Source of the DNA: Callorhinchus milii
Taxonomy: Eukaryota
Assembly: GCF_018977255.1 (NCBI RefSeq)
Contig: NW_024704772.1
Location: 1,178,001 to 1,242,000 of the forward strand
Length of the DNA: 64,000 bases
Direction of reading: 5' to 3'
Part shown: positions 63,328 to 64,000 of the stretch, in pieces
Numbering within the stretch: position 1 is the stretch's first letter
How the letters are laid out: every line of letters begins with the position of its first letter
Position numbers and translations under genes: made by a program
Notes under the pieces: generated by a model
What the model was told of the DNA's origin: nothing
Seen by the model: the letters and a program-made list of their open reading frames with translations, nothing else
Database searches by the model: none

Positions 63328-64000
63328 CTGAAAACAGCGAACAGTATAACTGGTAAAATCTCAAAGGATTTGGGCACCAACTTACGTGAGAAATAAACTG
63401 TATATATTATATCTATATTGGGGCACAGAATCTCTTAGCCAAGGTTAATGGCACAGATTTTGTCCAGCACAATATAATTGGGATACAGCACTGAAAAGTT
63501 GCATTACATGAATAAAGGCAGTGACAATTCCCAGGAACAAATAATAATAATCTTTGCACTTGATATTGCCTTATCGTGTCGGACAAACATCTCCGAGCAT
63601 TTTTACTGCAAAGTCCAGTGACTATTTGTAGGCAAACGGTAAATTTGTCTGCACAATTTAAATGGATTCATTCCAGGTCATCCCCCTTCTTTTGTGAGCA
63701 AGGTGTTGGCTTAACGCCTTATAATAATACATTGTTGATGCCTTATTAGAAGTTTTATGTACTCTTTGCCCTTTTTGAGGTGGGAGCCAAAGTGTCTCAA
63801 TGGAGCCAAATTTCAACTGTGAACATGGCGACATTTAGACAGAATCATAGTTACTTTTCTTTCTGAAAAACAGCCACACATTTAGACAGCGAGAGTCCTC
63901 ACCTGCATAAAATTCAGGGCTATAGACGGCACCAACCACTGGACTCAGCTTCCAGCCTGAAATAATTCAATCAAAAGGGAGGTGAAACAGAGCATCGATA

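Noticed and set aside
1-64000. CRISPR arrays, operons or other prokaryotic systems
   Set aside because: No repeat-spacer arrays were seen, and the window is intron-rich vertebrate sequence.

Overview
Vertebrate genomic DNA, not microbial. The repeat content (tRNA-derived SINEs with L2-like tails, L2 and CR1 3' fragments) suggests a cartilaginous fish such as a chimaera; this is inference. Most listed ORFs are spurious, so genes were rebuilt by hand from GT-AG sites and exon phases. From left to right: (1) the 5' part of an unidentified acidic Glu/Pro-rich gene (-) with an X-box-like site; (2) complete WBP11 (-); (3) a single-Ig-domain type I receptor gene (-) with leukocyte-receptor-complex-like exon structure (31-nt leader, 36-nt mini-exon, C2-type Ig, uncharged TM, Tyr motifs) and two candidate leader exons; (4) an uncharacterised secreted ~191-aa gene (+); (5) HEBP1 (-); (6) two divergent tRNA-Leu(AAG) genes; (7) FMC1 (-); (8) the 3' half and long 3' UTR of RBFOX2 (-), with B40/M43 mutually exclusive exons and several extra candidate cassette exons. 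Positions 18485-28920 recur almost identically at 29022-39463 across a 30-N gap, most likely a false assembly duplication. Best novelty candidates are the LRC-like receptor, the orphan secreted protein, a possible third RBFOX2 mutually exclusive exon, and a hairpin-enclosed candidate poison exon in WBP11. No database search was run; homology calls rest on recalled sequences.
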